Shown here one piece after another: positions 49,659 through 58,767 of a DNA stretch of 64,000 nucleotides (its first letter is position 1; each line of letters opens with the position of its first letter). The notes under the pieces are model-generated. The model saw nothing but the letters and a program-made list of their open reading frames with translations. It was not told the DNA's origin and did not search any database. The position numbers and the translations under genes were made by a program. Source of the stretch: an uncultured Gammaproteobacteria bacterium (GTDB lineage: Bacteria > Patescibacteriota > Patescibacteriia > UBA9934 > GWF2-40-263). Location: the NCBI GenBank assembly GCA_964538435.1, contig CAZIDX010000003.1:110039-174038 (forward strand), written 5' to 3'.

Positions 49659-50795
49659 TTATTGTTTTATCGGCATGACAACGTAACGATACGCGTCAGT
49701 GTCGTTATTAGAAGACAAAAGACAAGGGTTCCCAGCATCAATCATTTCAAACAAAATCTGATCAGACCCAATTGCATTTAACCCATCAAGCAAGTAACGA
49801 AAATTCACCGTAACATTGTTATTCACCCCTGAAACATCTCCACTACAATTCGTTTTATTCTTCCCACGCGTAGCATCTGTTGCACTCACAGAAAGTGTTT
49901 TTGCTTCTGCATCAAGCTCCAAAGTAATATCAAAGAGCCCTTGGCGAGAGAACAAAGAAGCTGTTTTTACAGCCTTAATCACATCATCGCGATCAAGAAC
50001 AGCTTGGGTCTGGAACTGGGTGGGGATAATCTGTTGGTAGTCTGGATAATCCTCTTCAATCGTTCGAGAGATAAGTTCAACTGGTCCATACATAAACACA
50101 ACCTGGTTTGAACTAAGGCTCATGGTGATGGTTGCAGGTAAATCCACTTCATCTTTGAACACAGATAATATTCGACTCACCTCAGACAGACTCTTAGAAG
50201 GAATAACCAACCTAAGCTCTTCTTCAACACCGCTCACAACAGGAATCGTTGTCTCAGAGAGCCTGTAAGAATCTGTTGAAGCAAGTGTAAGCCTCCCCTC
50301 ACCTTCATGAAGATAAAACTTAAACGCCACACCTGTAAGCTCAGGCCTTGATTCGTTTGTTGCTACAGAAAAAAGCGTTTGCCCAAGCGCCTTTCGAAAA
50401 TCATCAACAGGAATCTGAAAAGTGATCTGACCCTCAACCTTCGGAACGAGTGGAAACTCAGAAGCAGCTAACCCATTAATCTGTGTTGAGTGTGTTCCAC
50501 AATTAACAGCAACTGTCTGATCATCAACATCAAGATCAATTGTCTCATTTGGAAGTAGTGTCACGTAATCAAAAAATAACTTTGATGGAATAGTGAATTC
50601 ACCTGGTTCATCCACCTTTCCTCTAACCGTACAGTTCACAGCCATCTCAAGATTTGTTGCTGTAAATCTAATTGCTCCTCCTTCTGCCTTCACAAGAACA
50701 TTCTGTAAGATAGGAAGGTTCACATTCTTCGTCATCAAATGAGAAGTGATTGAAAGTCCTTGGTGAAGATTTTCCTTTGTGCAAGAGAGCTTCAT
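49659..50795 (-). CDS. dnaN: DNA polymerase III beta sliding clamp
   Basis: 378 aa with the three-domain clamp pattern. The N-terminal MKLSCTKENLHQGLSITSHL...LPILQNVLVKA is canonical. Confidence 0.9.
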   Translation of the reverse strand: MKLSCTKENLHQGLSITSHLMTKNVNLPILQNVLVKAEGGAIRFTATNLEMAVNCTVRGKVDEPGEFTIPSKLFFDYVTLLPNETIDLDVDDQTVAVNCGTHSTQINGLAASEFPLVPKVEGQITFQIPVDDFRKALGQTLFSVATNESRPELTGVAFKFYLHEGEGRLTLASTDSYRLSETTIPVVSGVEEELRLVIPSKSLSEVSRILSVFKDEVDLPATITMSLSSNQVVFMYGPVELISRTIEEDYPDYQQIIPTQFQTQAVLDRDDVIKAVKTASLFSRQGLFDITLELDAEAKTLSVSATDATRGKNKTNCSGDVSGVNNNVTVNFRYLLDGLNAIGSDQILFEMIDAGNPCLLSSNNDTDAYRYVVMPIKQ

Positions 50796-51055
50796 ATTTA
50801 TAAAGGAAATATATATTTAGAAAAAGTAATAGTAATAAGGGGTGTGGATGGCGGGGATAAATCAATTCAAGACTGATTTATTGGGCCGAACCCACCTGTG
50901 CAAATGTGCAAAACCATGTGCTTAAACACGGGGTGAAACTGGGATGAATTTTTCCATTTTTCAACCCTCAATTTCTTCAGCAAGTTATCCCTATTCCTAA
51001 CCACAGGCTTTTCCCATGACTCTTCCCGATTCTTTCCCCAGGGATAAGGTGTGGA
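50796..51055. other. candidate oriC segment (dnaA-dnaN intergenic) with DnaA-box-like 9-mers and an AT-rich unwinding stretch
   Basis: AT-rich aaatatatatttagaaaaagtaatagtaat. Boxes tgtggatgg (50843), ttatcccta (50985), tgtggatta (51050) and ggggataaa. Confidence 0.5.
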
Positions 51056-52486
51056 TTAGGTTGTGTAGAGTCTCTGCTTAATAAGTTCAAGATCATGCTG
51101 CAACTTTTCATCCTCTAATAAACAGTTTGAGATCTTATCATACGCATGCATAGCTGTTGTGTGATCTCGTCCACCAAGCTCTGTTCCTATAGACGGGTAA
51201 CTCGACTTCATCTCCTCTCGCATAAGGTACATCACGATCTGCCGAGGGAAAGCCAGGCGTTTTTGCCTGCTTTTTCCAAGCAAATCTTCAATAGCCACAT
51301 CAAAGTAGATGGCAACAGTATGAATAAGCTGTTTAGGAGTAACCGTCTTTTTCGTCGAAGTTGGCTGGAAGCTTGTAAGAATCGGCTTCACACTCTCCAT
51401 GTTTGGTCGTGCATTCTTAAACTGGTGGAAAGCAATAATCTTGTTTAATGCACCCTCAAGCTCACGCACATTTGTCTGAACAAGTGTTGCAACATGATGC
51501 AAAATTTCACGCTCTAGCTGATAAGCCTTCTCGCGACACTTAGCTTCCAGGATTGCCACGCGCGTCTCAAAGTCTGGAGAACCAACATCTGCTAGCATTC
51601 CACACTCAAACCGAGAGACAAGACGGTCTTCAAGCGCTGGAATCGCCTTTGGAGGCCTGTCAGAAGAGATGACAATCTGTTTGTTGTTCTGATAAAGCTG
51701 GTTAAACGTGTGAAAAAACTCTTCTTGAGTACCTTCTTTACCTGTAATGAACTGAATATCATCAACAAGGAGCACATCAACAGTTCGATAACGATTTTTA
51801 AACTCTCCAATACGCCCAGACCGAAGCGCACTGATAAAATCATTTGTGAAGCGCTCACAAGTTACATATAAAATCTTTGTCTGCGGATTCTTTCGAATAA
51901 GTTCATTCCCCACAGCTTGTAAAAGGTGAGTTTTTCCAAGACCAACACCACCATAGAGAAACAATGGGTTGTACACACCGCCTGGCTGTTGAGAAACCGC
52001 CTGTGAAGCAGCATGCGCGAGCTCATTCTGTTTACCTACAACAAAAGTGTGGAAGGCATACTTATTATTAAGAGAGAACTCTCCAGACCTGATTTCTCGC
52101 GGCTCAGCTCTTTGAGGAGTCTGAAGGTTTTGTGTAGGCGAAGCAGGTGTATTAGAAAAACCAACGGTTTCTTCTTCCTTTTCAAACATAGGCACTGACT
52201 GTGGAGCAGCTTGCTTTGTTTCCACACGGTAAGTGATTGTTTTAACAGATCCGTTGGTTAACTCCTGAAGAGACTTCAAAATCTCCTTTGCATATTTCTT
52301 TTCAAGCCACGCCTTTGTAAACATGTTTGGCACACCAATCACCGCAGATGTTTCATCCACATCTGAAATGAACGTGTTTTTGAACCAGGTTGTGAAATTG
52401 GCCTTGCTAAGTGCAAGTTCAAGTTCACCAAGCACTGCTTGCCAAAGCTCTGTGGTGTTCATAGGGCGAGTAGAAAAGTCCTCCAT
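51056..52486 (-). CDS. dnaA: chromosomal replication initiator DnaA
   Basis: ...NPLFLYGGVGLGKTHLLQAVGN... (Walker A), ...LLVDDIQFITGKE..., and a C-terminal DNA-binding domain. Confidence 0.9.
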   Translation of the reverse strand: MEDFSTRPMNTTELWQAVLGELELALSKANFTTWFKNTFISDVDETSAVIGVPNMFTKAWLEKKYAKEILKSLQELTNGSVKTITYRVETKQAAPQSVPMFEKEEETVGFSNTPASPTQNLQTPQRAEPREIRSGEFSLNNKYAFHTFVVGKQNELAHAASQAVSQQPGGVYNPLFLYGGVGLGKTHLLQAVGNELIRKNPQTKILYVTCERFTNDFISALRSGRIGEFKNRYRTVDVLLVDDIQFITGKEGTQEEFFHTFNQLYQNNKQIVISSDRPPKAIPALEDRLVSRFECGMLADVGSPDFETRVAILEAKCREKAYQLEREILHHVATLVQTNVRELEGALNKIIAFHQFKNARPNMESVKPILTSFQPTSTKKTVTPKQLIHTVAIYFDVAIEDLLGKSRQKRLAFPRQIVMYLMREEMKSSYPSIGTELGGRDHTTAMHAYDKISNCLLEDEKLQHDLELIKQRLYTT

Positions 52487-52510
52487 AATAAAAGATGCTA
52501 ATTGCAGAGC

Positions 52511-52605
52511 GGATTATCCCGCACGTGGGTCTTAGTTTAGACTATTTATCCACATGTGAGCAAGTACCCCCTCCCTGTGTATAGGGGTTGATCATTTGTG
52601 GATAA
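52511..52605. promoter_or_regulatory. DnaA boxes upstream of dnaA (perfect TTATCCACA at 52546-52554, perfect TGTGGATAA at 52597-52605, TTATCCCGC at 52514-52522)
   Basis: Exact matches to the consensus DnaA box in both orientations. Confidence 0.7.
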
Positions 52606-52710
52606 TATGTTAGTATCCTCATGCTCAAAAAAAAGCGAAATGGTAAGCTTTGGTCGCGAGAAATAGTATCAAAATCAAAGCAATACCAATAACACCTTTA
52701 TTCCTCTGTT

Positions 52711-52857
52711 ATGCCTAAGCGAACGTATCAACCAAAGAAGCGCAAGCGTGTAAAAACTCATGGGTTTTTGTCTCGCATGAAGACAGCAACTGGGCGCAAT
52801 GTGCTCAAGCGTCGTCGCGCAAAAGGAAGAAAGCGCCTGACTGTTAGCTCAAAGTAA
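52711..52857 (+). CDS. rpmH: 50S ribosomal protein L34
   Basis: [48 protein letters not shown]. It is not in the ORF track (<60 aa), but the canonical L34 sequence occupies the canonical position upstream of rnpA. Confidence 0.85.
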   Translation: MPKRTYQPKKRKRVKTHGFLSRMKTATGRNVLKRRRAKGRKRLTVSSK

Positions 52858-52869
52858 GATTCAGGTGTT

Positions 52870-53211
52870 ATGTTCCCCAAGGAGAATCGACTCAAATCAG
52901 AAAAAGATATTCAAACGCTCTTTGCCAGTGGCAAGAGCGTCTTTGGTATCTTTGTTGGTATAAAAACAAAAAAGAACACCTTAGATTATTCAAGATTTAC
53001 AGTTGTTGTTGGAACAAAGGTGTCAAAAAAGGCTGTTGTGCGCAACCGGTTAAAACGCCAAGTACGCGCAATCGTTCATGAGAAGTTAAGCGAGCTTACA
53101 AGTGGATATGATGTTGCTTTTCTTGTAAAGAAAGAAGCCGTAGGGAAAACTTTTGAAGAGCTTCAAGGGGATGTGGAAAAACTGTTGAGAAAATCAAAGT
53201 TGCTCACATGA
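52870..53211 (+). CDS. rnpA: RNase P protein component
   Basis: ...RNRLKRQVRAIVHE... RNR motif; 113 aa. Confidence 0.8.
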   Translation: MFPKENRLKSEKDIQTLFASGKSVFGIFVGIKTKKNTLDYSRFTVVVGTKVSKKAVVRNRLKRQVRAIVHEKLSELTSGYDVAFLVKKEAVGKTFEELQGDVEKLLRKSKLLT

Positions 53212-53474
53212 AGTACGTTTTCTCTTATCCAAAGCTCTTTATCCTCCTGCTTATTCGTGTGTATCAAAAGACACTTTCGTTTGATCACGGCTTCCTACGT
53301 GTGCTTTACCCAGACGGATACTGCAAGTACCACCCAACCTGCTCTGAGTACGGCTACACCTGTATCAAGCACCATGGATTAATCAAAGGATCAGTACTCA
53401 CTCTCTGGAGAGTGCTTCGCTGTAATCCTTTCTCAAGCGGTGGAATCGATGAGCCTCCAGAAAAAAAAGACTAA
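53208..53474 (+). CDS. yidD: membrane protein insertion efficiency factor YidD
   Basis: ...CKYHPTCSEYGYTCIKHHG... Confidence 0.8.
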   Translation: MKYVFSYPKLFILLLIRVYQKTLSFDHGFLRVLYPDGYCKYHPTCSEYGYTCIKHHGLIKGSVLTLWRVLRCNPFSSGGIDEPPEKKD

Positions 53475-53509
53475 ACAAAGCAAAAATACGGACATTCACG
53501 TCCGTATGT

Positions 53510-53728
53510 TTAGTTGATTTTAAATTGTTTTATACGAGCAGTTGCGCCGCGCACAAGCTCAATCGATGACTTTGAGACCTTCAACTCATTTGCCAGAAGT
53601 GAAGTCACAGCCTTGTTTGCCTTCCCCTTTTCTGGTGGCGCACTCACACTAATCTTGCATGTGTCCTCATCAATCCATTCAATTGAGTTTTGTCTCGCGC
53701 TTGGTCTTACATGCGCTGTGAGAATCAT
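53510..53728 (-). CDS. DUF167 (YggU-like, UPF0235) protein
   Basis: 72 aa: ...SAPPEKGKANKAVTSLLANELKV... Confidence 0.55.
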   Translation of the reverse strand: MILTAHVRPSARQNSIEWIDEDTCKISVSAPPEKGKANKAVTSLLANELKVSKSSIELVRGATARIKQFKIN

Positions 53729-54633
53729 AAAAGCTCCTCATCCTCACAGTTATACAAAGCCTTGTTGTCAGTGATTGCGATAAGCTGATCATGGAGAACG
53801 CCATTTGTCCCCACAAGATCCTCAGACCCAATCTTCCACGGCTTTCCACAGTATTCCGTCACTTTCCCCCCTGCTTCTTGAATAAGAAGCGCTCCTGCAG
53901 CCAAGTCCCAAGCCTGATTTCCAGTCAAAATCACTGAATCAGCACGACCTGCAGCAACACTTGCAAGCATGATGGCAGCAGACCCAAGTCGTCTAAAGTA
54001 TGAGGTCTGTTTTTCAAGTTGAAAAATAATCTGACCATGGCGAATTCGGTCTCGCTCTTTGTATCCACGCCCAGCAAACAGCATTGCGCGCCGTGTCGAG
54101 CTGTGAGAGGAAACCTCGAGCACGTCCCCATTAACAGTTGCCCCCTTTCCTTTTTCTGCAACAAACAAATCATCATGCAAAGGATCGTAGATGATCCCTA
54201 GCTCGGTTTCTTTATTCTTCACAAGAGCAACAGTAATCCCAAAAAGAGGGATTTCCGCCATGTAGTTTGAAGTACCATCCAGAGGATCAATAATCCACGT
54301 GGGTTCGTCTGTAAGTTGCTTTGTGTCAGCACCAGGATCTTCCTCGCTCAAAATCAAATGATCCGGAAAAGCAGTCCGGATCACTTCGGTTATTATTCGA
54401 TTGCTTTCCAAGTCAAACTCAGTAACTGGTGAGGAGTCATCCTTTTTTCGAACATTTTTTGGGGTCTGCCCAAAATGATCTCGAAGATAGGTTCCAGCTT
54501 GTTTTACAGCTTTTTTCACTACAATGAGTTCTTCCTCAGACATAAAAACACAAATAAGAGTGCTCTTATAGACTAGCTCTTTCTCATTGTTTTGAGAAGG
54601 GTCAAACAAAAAGGCGATGAATAACTCCATCAC
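53725..54633 (-). CDS. inositol-monophosphatase-family phosphatase (SuhB/CysQ-like)
   Basis: ...LSEEDPGA...WIIDPLDGTSNYMAEIPLFGITVAL... plus the C-terminal WDLAAG motif. Confidence 0.75.
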   Translation of the reverse strand: MMELFIAFLFDPSQNNEKELVYKSTLICVFMSEEELIVVKKAVKQAGTYLRDHFGQTPKNVRKKDDSSPVTEFDLESNRIITEVIRTAFPDHLILSEEDPGADTKQLTDEPTWIIDPLDGTSNYMAEIPLFGITVALVKNKETELGIIYDPLHDDLFVAEKGKGATVNGDVLEVSSHSSTRRAMLFAGRGYKERDRIRHGQIIFQLEKQTSYFRRLGSAAIMLASVAAGRADSVILTGNQAWDLAAGALLIQEAGGKVTEYCGKPWKIGSEDLVGTNGVLHDQLIAITDNKALYNCEDEELL

Positions 54634-54655
54634 CTTTCTTTTCTTTATTGCTTTG

Positions 54656-55951
54656 CTACTTTTTCACAATTGTCTCCCTGAGGAAATCAATCACCTTTCG
54701 ATTGCGCATGATCTGCTCCATATAATCGCGGTACTCAGCTGAGAAAATCTGATCCTTTGCTTCCTTGTTCTCCTTGTACTGCTCAGCAAGACGATCAAGC
54801 TCCTCATCAAGCTCCTTTTCTTCAACCTGAATGTCTTCCTTTTTAGCAACAGCTCGCATAGCAAGCGCAACCTTGATCCTTGTCAGTGCCTGCGGGGTAA
54901 ATTCAAGCTTGAGATCTGCAAGAGTCTTCTTCATGGCTTCCAAGTACTTCTCAAATTCACCACCTTGAGCCTCAACAGCACGCTGAAGCTCCATAATCAT
55001 CTTATTAATCTCCTCGTTTACAAGTGCGTCAGGGACATCATCGAACTGACTCTTGGTAGCAATCAACTCCAGCATCTCACGCTCCTGTCGAGCAAGTTCT
55101 TCCTGGTCCTTTTCATTAAGAAGATTCTCTTTGATCCGCTCTTTCAGCTCTGCCAAGTCCTTCATGCCAAGCGTCTTTGAAAAAGCATCGTCAAGTTCTG
55201 GTGATTCCAAGTGGAAAAGCTCCTTAAGCTCCACTTCGAATTCAACATCATTTCCTGCAAGCATTTTCTGAGCATGGTCTTCAGGGAACGGAAGAGTAAA
55301 TGTCTTCTTCTCTCCCTCCTTCATGCCACGAACCTCATCCTTAAACCCAGGGATATAGTAATCTTCATTCATGAACACAACATGATTCGGAGACTGACCA
55401 CCCTCAACAGGCACACCTTCTTTTTTCATGTCCATAGCAACAACCAGCTTATCGCTATCAGTTGCGCCTTCCTCTGCTGTGGCGCGCACCTCCTTTGTTT
55501 GCATGCGTTGCAAATCACGAAGAGCAAGGTCGATGTCCTTATCTGCAATCTCAACTTTCTTTACCTTCACCTCAAGCTTTGTGTAGTCCGCAAGTTCTTT
55601 TACAGCCGGCATAAGAGTTACCTCAGCAGTAAACTCAATGTCATTTTCTGGAGCAAGCTTTGAAACATCTACCTTTGGCGAACCAACAGTGTCGATGTCA
55701 TTAGCCAAAATAGCTTCAATGTAAGACTTGCGAATAATAGTCTCAAGCGCTTCTTCAAGAAGTGCCATCTCACCGACCTGTTGCTTTACAACATCATAGC
55801 CAGCTTTTCCAGGACGGAATCCTGGGATTTCTTTTTGTTTTGAAATTCGCTCTGCCGCTTCCTCCAAGTAGGGCTTTGCCTCTTCTTGGGTCACAACAAA
55901 CGTGATTTTTTTCTTGTTTGAATCAAGGTCCTCGATCTTAATGTTTGGCAT
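54656..55951 (-). CDS. tig: trigger factor
   Basis: Start at MPNIKIEDLDSNKKKITFVV...; ...GFRPGKAGYDVVKQQVG... (ribosome-binding signature) and a PPIase middle domain. Confidence 0.85.
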   Translation of the reverse strand: MPNIKIEDLDSNKKKITFVVTQEEAKPYLEEAAERISKQKEIPGFRPGKAGYDVVKQQVGEMALLEEALETIIRKSYIEAILANDIDTVGSPKVDVSKLAPENDIEFTAEVTLMPAVKELADYTKLEVKVKKVEIADKDIDLALRDLQRMQTKEVRATAEEGATDSDKLVVAMDMKKEGVPVEGGQSPNHVVFMNEDYYIPGFKDEVRGMKEGEKKTFTLPFPEDHAQKMLAGNDVEFEVELKELFHLESPELDDAFSKTLGMKDLAELKERIKENLLNEKDQEELARQEREMLELIATKSQFDDVPDALVNEEINKMIMELQRAVEAQGGEFEKYLEAMKKTLADLKLEFTPQALTRIKVALAMRAVAKKEDIQVEEKELDEELDRLAEQYKENKEAKDQIFSAEYRDYMEQIMRNRKVIDFLRETIVKK

Positions 55952-56023
55952 AATTTTTCGAAAAACAGATTTGTATAACGCCCGGAGAGTAACGAATCTT
56001 AGGCAAAAAGTCAAGGGTTAAGG

Positions 56024-56071
56024 ATAAGAAAACCCCACAGGCATCCGTGGCTTCACGGTTGCTTGTGGGGT
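56024..56071 (-). terminator. rho-independent terminator (minus strand) at the left boundary of the 56-64 kb high-GC island
   Basis: The reverse complement is ccccacaagcaaccgtgaagccacggatgcctgtgggg followed by ttttcttatcc. Confidence 0.6.
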
Positions 56072-56080
56072 GGTGTGTTG

Positions 56081-57778
56081 CTACTGACCGAGCGTGCCTC
56101 GGTCCGAGCAATGGTTGGTCCAGAGTTGTTCGATGCCCGCGCAGACGTCGGGTGGGGTGACTTGCGGCACGATGGCCAGGTCTGTCACGTTGATCTGCAC
56201 CTGCCCATCAGGCTCGACCTCTTCGCTGCGCAACCACGCGAACGTGGCCTCGCGCGTCTCGAACGGACCGTGCACCTCGTTGGTCTTGGAGTCCACGAAC
56301 ACCGTAGCGACCACGCGAGCGTAGTCCTCCGGGGTGATCGAGAGCATCCAGAACAGGCGATCCTGCCCCTTGGGTGTGACCGGCCTCGGTTCCACGATGC
56401 GGTAGGTGCCGCTAGCGTTCTTACCACTTCCCTCGTACCAGACGTAGTTGGGGAGGGACTTGGCGTACGAGATCACCTTGCGTGGACCTTGCAGGTTCGC
56501 AGGGCGACCTTCGATATCGTAGCGGTAGACCTGCCGCTCGCCAGTCTTGGCGTTGATCGTGTAGATCCGCATGAGCGAGAAGGCATCACCATCAGGCTCG
56601 ACCGTGGCCAGGTACTGGTAGGTGCTGTCCTGCATAGGCAGGAAGAACGGCATCTGCTCCTTCCCTGGGAGAGGAGGGATCTCGATCTTGCCAGGGCGGC
56701 GCACGACACCGAACCACATCTGCGCGAGCATGAAGCTGCCAGCATCGTAGCGCTGCGAGTAGATGTAGTTCTTAGCCATCTTCTCCGGGAACAGACGGCT
56801 GGTGACCTGGAGTCGCTCATCGACAGCTGCCTGCTCCGGGCTCAGATCTTCGACGGTTCCATCGGGATGGAAGATCGCGACACCTCCCCATCTGGGAACC
56901 AGGATACCCCACCAGAAGCGATAGCCGATGTAGGGAACCACACCCACGATCTCAGTGACTTCACCTTGCTCGTCGTAGAGTGGGGCGTAGTAGATCTCGG
57001 GATAGGTCTTGAAGAAGCCCACCTCCCAGATCAACTTGCGGTGGATGTCGTCGAAGATCTCCATGTCCTCACCCCACTTGAAGGGGGTGGTGGTCATGGT
57101 CTCGACGCGCTGTCCGTTCTCGCTGGTTCCGCCATCATCGAAGTACATGAAGCCTTCGTTCTTCTCCAGCAGTGCATTCCACATCCCCTGAGGGACAAGT
57201 GGCGCGATGTAGTCGACGCCGTTCTCACTGCCGATCGGTCGCGTCTCACCTGGGGTGAACTGCGAGGTCTGCGTGCGGCGCACGATCTCTTCAGCAGCCA
57301 CCTGGGCCGGGGTGTAGCGCACCAGCTCGTTGGAGACAAGAGGCATCTGGTCGGTTTCCACGAACTGGGAGTCGCGGTAGACCTGGACCCAGACAGCACC
57401 TTTCATGAACCCGACCACGAACAAGGAAACGAACACAGCGAATCCCATCGCAGTGATCACGATTGGGTTGATCCAACCACGAATCCCTTCTCCCCTGACC
57501 ACGTAGCGCTTGACGAAGCGGAAGGCCAGGTACATGCAGGCAAGACCAGCCAGAATAGCAGGTGCCTGGAGGATGATGACCTCGAAGGTCCAGTGGTGGA
57601 TCCACACCGGTGCCAGCTTGTAGCAGACGTAGAAGATCACAGCGCCCGGGAAGAGCATTCCGAAGTAGTTGGCGAAGAAGAAGCGCATCAGACGATGGTA
57701 CACGGAGGTTCCTGTGTACTTCTTCTCAGCACCCTTCTTGACCTTCCTGATGATGTTCCAGAGATCGAGCGGATTCAT
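56081..57778 (-). CDS. hypothetical polytopic membrane protein with a large extracytoplasmic domain; high-GC island
   Basis: 565 aa, several N-terminal TM helices, 4-nt overlap with the upstream M48 peptidase gene. The opposite-strand ORF 56063..57874 is rejected. Confidence 0.5.
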   Translation of the reverse strand: MNPLDLWNIIRKVKKGAEKKYTGTSVYHRLMRFFFANYFGMLFPGAVIFYVCYKLAPVWIHHWTFEVIILQAPAILAGLACMYLAFRFVKRYVVRGEGIRGWINPIVITAMGFAVFVSLFVVGFMKGAVWVQVYRDSQFVETDQMPLVSNELVRYTPAQVAAEEIVRRTQTSQFTPGETRPIGSENGVDYIAPLVPQGMWNALLEKNEGFMYFDDGGTSENGQRVETMTTTPFKWGEDMEIFDDIHRKLIWEVGFFKTYPEIYYAPLYDEQGEVTEIVGVVPYIGYRFWWGILVPRWGGVAIFHPDGTVEDLSPEQAAVDERLQVTSRLFPEKMAKNYIYSQRYDAGSFMLAQMWFGVVRRPGKIEIPPLPGKEQMPFFLPMQDSTYQYLATVEPDGDAFSLMRIYTINAKTGERQVYRYDIEGRPANLQGPRKVISYAKSLPNYVWYEGSGKNASGTYRIVEPRPVTPKGQDRLFWMLSITPEDYARVVATVFVDSKTNEVHGPFETREATFAWLRSEEVEPDGQVQINVTDLAIVPQVTPPDVCAGIEQLWTNHCSDRGTLGQ

Positions 57779-58677
57779 GCGTGGCTTTCCTCCAGCTGCT
57801 TGAGCATGGTGATTCTGTTGGACATGTTTGGGTGGCTGAGCAGGAGCTCGTCCATCTGCGGTCGTCGCAGTTGACCTAGCGGGCTCTTCTTGCCTTGGTT
57901 GCTCTCATCCTTGTACCAGGCCTCCATCTTCTTGAAAGCGCTGATCAAAGGTTGGACCTCACCAGTCAAGTGTGCGCTGTAGGCATCGGCTGCGTATTCG
58001 CGCAGTTGTGTGATACCTGCTGCGACCACACGGGGGAAGTAGTTGGCGAGCTCGATGGCGATCGCGATCAGTAGCGCAAGGCGACCGACCTTCATCATCT
58101 GGTTGGTGAAGTTGTTGAGAACCGTCATGGTGATACCGATGATGGTCATCAAGGCCGTGTCTCGTGAGCGGATGTGTCCGATCTCATGAGCGAGCACAGC
58201 CTCAACTTCGTCATCATCGAGGATCTCCAGAAGCGGCTGTGTGACTGCCACCCCAGAGCCCCCCATGATTCCACTCCCAAACGCGAACGCGTTGGGCATC
58301 TCCATCTTGGAGACAAACAAGGTGGGGGTGTACTTCAGGCCAGAGCGCTCCACCAGTCGCTTGAGCATGGGGAGGAGGCGCTTTGACTGCTCCTCGCTCG
58401 GGGTCTCGCAGTCCATCAGAGCGATCACGATACGACCGCTGTTGAGGAAGATCAGCGTCTGCACAACCGTGATGGTTACGAGCAGACTGATCACAGCGGG
58501 CGGCTTGAGGAATCGCATCCCCACAGCCGAGACAATCAACACGACCACGAACAGGAAGATGAAGAACAACCACGAGTTGTGTTTGTGCTCCTTCCATTCC
58601 TGGAGTGCTCGCGCTTTATCGATGCCAGTTTTGGGCATGTTCTGCTCCTTTTCGTTGTGAAGAACGACGCGAAACAT
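57775..58677 (-). CDS. M48-family zinc metallopeptidase (HtpX-like)
   Basis: N-terminal TM helices, and ...VEAVLAHEIGHIRSRD... (HExxH) with the downstream E. Confidence 0.7.
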   Translation of the reverse strand: MFRVVLHNEKEQNMPKTGIDKARALQEWKEHKHNSWLFFIFLFVVVLIVSAVGMRFLKPPAVISLLVTITVVQTLIFLNSGRIVIALMDCETPSEEQSKRLLPMLKRLVERSGLKYTPTLFVSKMEMPNAFAFGSGIMGGSGVAVTQPLLEILDDDEVEAVLAHEIGHIRSRDTALMTIIGITMTVLNNFTNQMMKVGRLALLIAIAIELANYFPRVVAAGITQLREYAADAYSAHLTGEVQPLISAFKKMEAWYKDESNQGKKSPLGQLRRPQMDELLLSHPNMSNRITMLKQLEESHA

Positions 58678-58767
58678 TAGCTTTTTTCAAAGGTTTTGTC
58701 AAGGAAACAACGCAATAAGAAAACCCCACAGAGCGCGACTACTCGCTGTCTCTATGGGGTCGTTGCT

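Noticed and set aside
56063-57874. 603-aa plus-strand ORF
   Set aside because: It is antisense to the 565-aa membrane-protein gene, which has TM helices and is translationally coupled to the M48 peptidase. The Arg/Leu/Asp-rich composition looks like a GC artefact.
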